Below are positions 61,301-64,000 of a DNA stretch of 64,000 bases, piece by piece. Position numbers and translations under genes: made by a program. Every line of letters starts with the position of its first letter. The first letter of the stretch is position 1. The stretch comes from Ramazzottius varieornatus (lineage: Eukaryota; Animalia; Tardigrada). The DNA is taken from positions 688,387 through 752,386 of the forward strand of contig BDGG01000002.1 in the NCBI GenBank assembly GCA_001949185.1, given 5' to 3'. The notes beneath the pieces were generated by a model. The model did no database searches, was not told the origin of the DNA, and saw only the letters and a list, made by a program, of their open reading frames with translations.

Positions 61301-64000
61301 AAACGTTTTCATTTTGTATTTTTATAGCCCACATTGTCTTCGACGACGCATTCGAAGCGGGTCCTACGGACGCCTTGCACAACGGCCCGGACAACCGACT
61401 CATGAACCGTTTCGTCCGTCAGCTTCTGGACGTGATCGACAAGGCGGCCAGTGCGGTCCACCAGTGTAACGTCTACCTGCGACCACCCAGGAAGATCCCC
61501 ACGCCCTATGGAGGAAGACTGGTCTGGACCATGCCAGGCAAAAACACGCTGGTGGTCCACTTGAAGGACACATCGAAAATTCGCCAACGGAAACGCTGGA
61601 GTCAGGTGCGTAATCAACTCAATCAGTCGGCATTTGACAAGCAGTCGCTCGATATTGCCTTTCTTCCACGATTATTCAGCAGTTTTATTTTTTTTTGGTT
61701 TAGGTCATGTGTTGGTATTACCTGCTGGGTCATCGTCTGATGGACCAAGAAATGGACACAGCCCGCAAAGACGTCATCGCGGAGAACACATACATTCTGA
61801 CCCTGGACGGCGACATTGACTTTATGCCGCACGCTGTGCAGCTGCTGGTCGACCTGATGAAGAAGAACGCCAAAGTGGGCGCGGCTTGTGGCCGCATCCA
61901 TCCCACCGGCGGCGGCCCCATGGTCTGGTACCAAAAGTTTGAGTACGCCATCGGCCATTGGCTTCAAAAAGCCACGGAACACATGATCGGCTGTGTACTA
62001 TGCTCGCCGGGATGCTTCAGCATCTTCCGCGCCAAGTCTCTAATGGACGACAACGTCATGAAGCGGTACACGCAAAAGTCGGAGAAGGCCGACAACTATG
62101 TCCAATTCGATCAAGGTAAAATAACACCGACCGACCACGTTGATTTGCCATAAATAAATCTATACCAATTGGTTTTCTCCTCAGGCGAAGATCGGTGGTT
62201 GTGTACGCTGCTACTGCAGCGTGGCTACCGCGTGGAGTACTGCGCGGCTTCGGACGCCTACACCCACGCACCAGAAGGTTTCGACGAGTTCTTCAACCAG
62301 CGTCGCCGCTGGATCCCCTCGACGTTGGCCAACATTTGGGACCTCTTGTACCACTATCGGCAGACGGTCAAGACCAACGACAACATTTCCATCCTGTATA
62401 TTCTGTACCAAGCAGCCATGATGCTGGGCACGGTGGTGTCGGCCGGCACCATCTTCCTGATGATTTGCGGGGCCATGGTGGCCGCCTTCAAGATTGACAA
62501 CTGGACGTCGTTCATGGCCAACGCCACACCCATCGTTCTCTTCATCATCTGCTGCTTCCTTTGCACACCGAAAATCCAACTCCTCTTCGCCAAAATCCTT
62601 TCGGGTAATTTGGCCGCGTTTAACCATCTCAGTACAGTCGATATACTACTGTAGAAAAATGTCCGGCTCGATTTCGAGTGGCGCACATTATCAGCTAGCA
62701 ACGCTTAGAAGGCGCGCCACCTGGGAAAACATGACAAAATCGACAGGATGGTTTTTCCAAGTGGCGCACGCGTACAGCAGATGACACCGAAATGTGCACC
62801 GCTCTGGGAAAAAAAGCAAGGGTGTCGGACTTGTCTGCCGAGTTGGCCTATGGAACTGCAACCGCTTTAGCTGCGCCCGATTGAGAGATCATACTGACTA
62901 AACTATCTAATTCTTTGACAGGAGCGTATGCCATGCTGATGATGGCGGTAGCAGTGGGTACCGCCATCCAGATCAAGGACGATGGTATAGCGTCGCCGGG
63001 CACCATCTTTATGATTGCGCTGGTGGGCACCTTCTTCCTAGCCGCCTGCCTCCATCCCCAAGAGTTCCTGTGCATCATCCACGGCCTGCAATACTTTCTG
63101 GCCATCCCGGCCATGTACCTACTGCTGATGATTTACTCCCTGACCAACCTGAACATTGTGACCTGGGGTACACGGGAGACCTACACGGGTCACAGTGACG
63201 CCGTGGTGGCCGACAAGCCGCAAAAGACGGGTATGATCTTCAACTGGTGGCGCCGCCAACACAACCCCGGTGAAGTGGCCGAGCAGGAGGATGGCAACGT
63301 CACCTTTGGCTGTGGCAACCTGTGCAAGTTCATGTTTTGCATGCACCAAAAGGCCGAGTCGGAGAAGACGCAGGTGCTGTGTCAGGGCATCGAGGAGCTC
63401 AAGTTAAAGATGGAACAGATTGATCGGAGGTTGAGGGCCGATATGGAGCCGCAGTACATTATGGACTATCGCGCCATGGCCAACATGGGCACGTTGGAAC
63501 GTAACCAACGGATGAACTTCCCTAGGAACCAAGCACCCATGACCATGGTGCCGACCAACCCATTACATCCTTCCTGGTTGGATGATCGTGCTTTACGGCT
63601 GGCCGAGAGCGACTACTTGACGGGCAATGAACAAGCTTTCTGGAACGGCCTCATTATCAAGTAAAACAAAAGTTGCTCATCACAAAGGCCATCGCATAAA
63701 TCTGTGCCAGTCACACGTCAAAAGCCCGACAAAGAAGAAGGCCAAGACCGTATTCTGCCATGTGGCGCACGCTTCCAGTGTTATGGGCTGCAAGCGTCCG
63801 TCACTTGGAACACTGATTTGGTCGGGTTGTTTGTCGAGCTCCCACTTCATGTCCACGGCTCGAAAACTGGAAGCTGTCTAAATACGTTATTCTCCTTGAC
63901 TGATTGACCGATCGTATGGTCTAAGCATTTTGCTTTATTTGTCCAGGTATCTGCATCCACTGGAACATAACGACGAAGAGCGCGACCGCGTCTCGCGCGA
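55334..64000 (+). CDS. chs: Chitin synthase (GT2), multi-exon, truncated by window end; first exon (55334-55540) inferred
   Basis: GWDVF, CATMWHET, KIRQRKRWSQ, LDGDIDF, QKFEYAIGHWLQKATEH, CSPGCFS, GEDRWLCTLLLQ, QRRRW, TWGTRE; multiple TM blocks. Confidence 0.95.
55816..58535. repeat. Four family 1 copies in 5' chitin synthase introns (~55816-55990, 56618-56780, 57290-57475, 58295-58535)
   Basis: Each shows the gtggcgcac/gtgcgccac arms and the aactcgacaagatcg linker. Confidence 0.75.
60330..63845. repeat. Four family 1 copies in 3' chitin synthase introns (~60330-60510, 61100-61240, 62665-62850, 63745-63845)
   Basis: Same arms and linker; one copy in each of the longer introns. Confidence 0.8.

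Noticed and set aside
58695-62701. Alternative-frame and antisense ORFs overlapping chitin synthase
   Set aside because: Shadows of GC-rich coding exons.
14590-64000. UGT, SULT, MFS, peroxidase and chitin synthase as a co-regulated detox/cuticle cluster
   Set aside because: Interleaved with unrelated housekeeping genes and no shared regulatory signal is visible.

Overview
Compact, intron-rich animal genomic DNA with short GT-AG introns and two 50-N gaps. It is probably a tardigrade; this is an inference from the receptor-ectodomain family, the plant-type UGTs and the gene compactness, not a database result. The first ~17 kb is mostly transposon and pseudogene debris: the 3' end of a CRE-type LINE, a natriuretic-peptide-receptor/guanylyl-cyclase-like ectodomain pseudogene, a 9-bp tandem array, inverted Tc1 fragments and two plant-type UDP-glycosyltransferase copies. 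The receptor pseudogene is split mid-exon by a 5.45-kb DNA transposon carrying a BEN-like gene, a CACTA/EnSpm-like transposase remnant and a chromodomain fused to an RFX-like winged helix. The rest is gene-dense: MFSD1-like, a heme peroxidase with active-site micro-exons, FABP plus an FABP pseudogene, RP9, tRNA-Glu(CTC), MMACHC, MRPL46, a KLF, TYW5, a coiled-coil gene, a sulfotransferase, a secreted Cys-rich peptide and a chitin synthase that runs off the end. Interspersed are a decayed pogo element, an apparently intact spliced Tc4/Tc5-like element in a CTNAG target, and several MITEs. The most pervasive unexplained structure is a modular palindromic repeat (CAAGTGGCGCAC-variable loop-GTGCGCCACTTG) seen at about 21 loci, nearly all inside introns.
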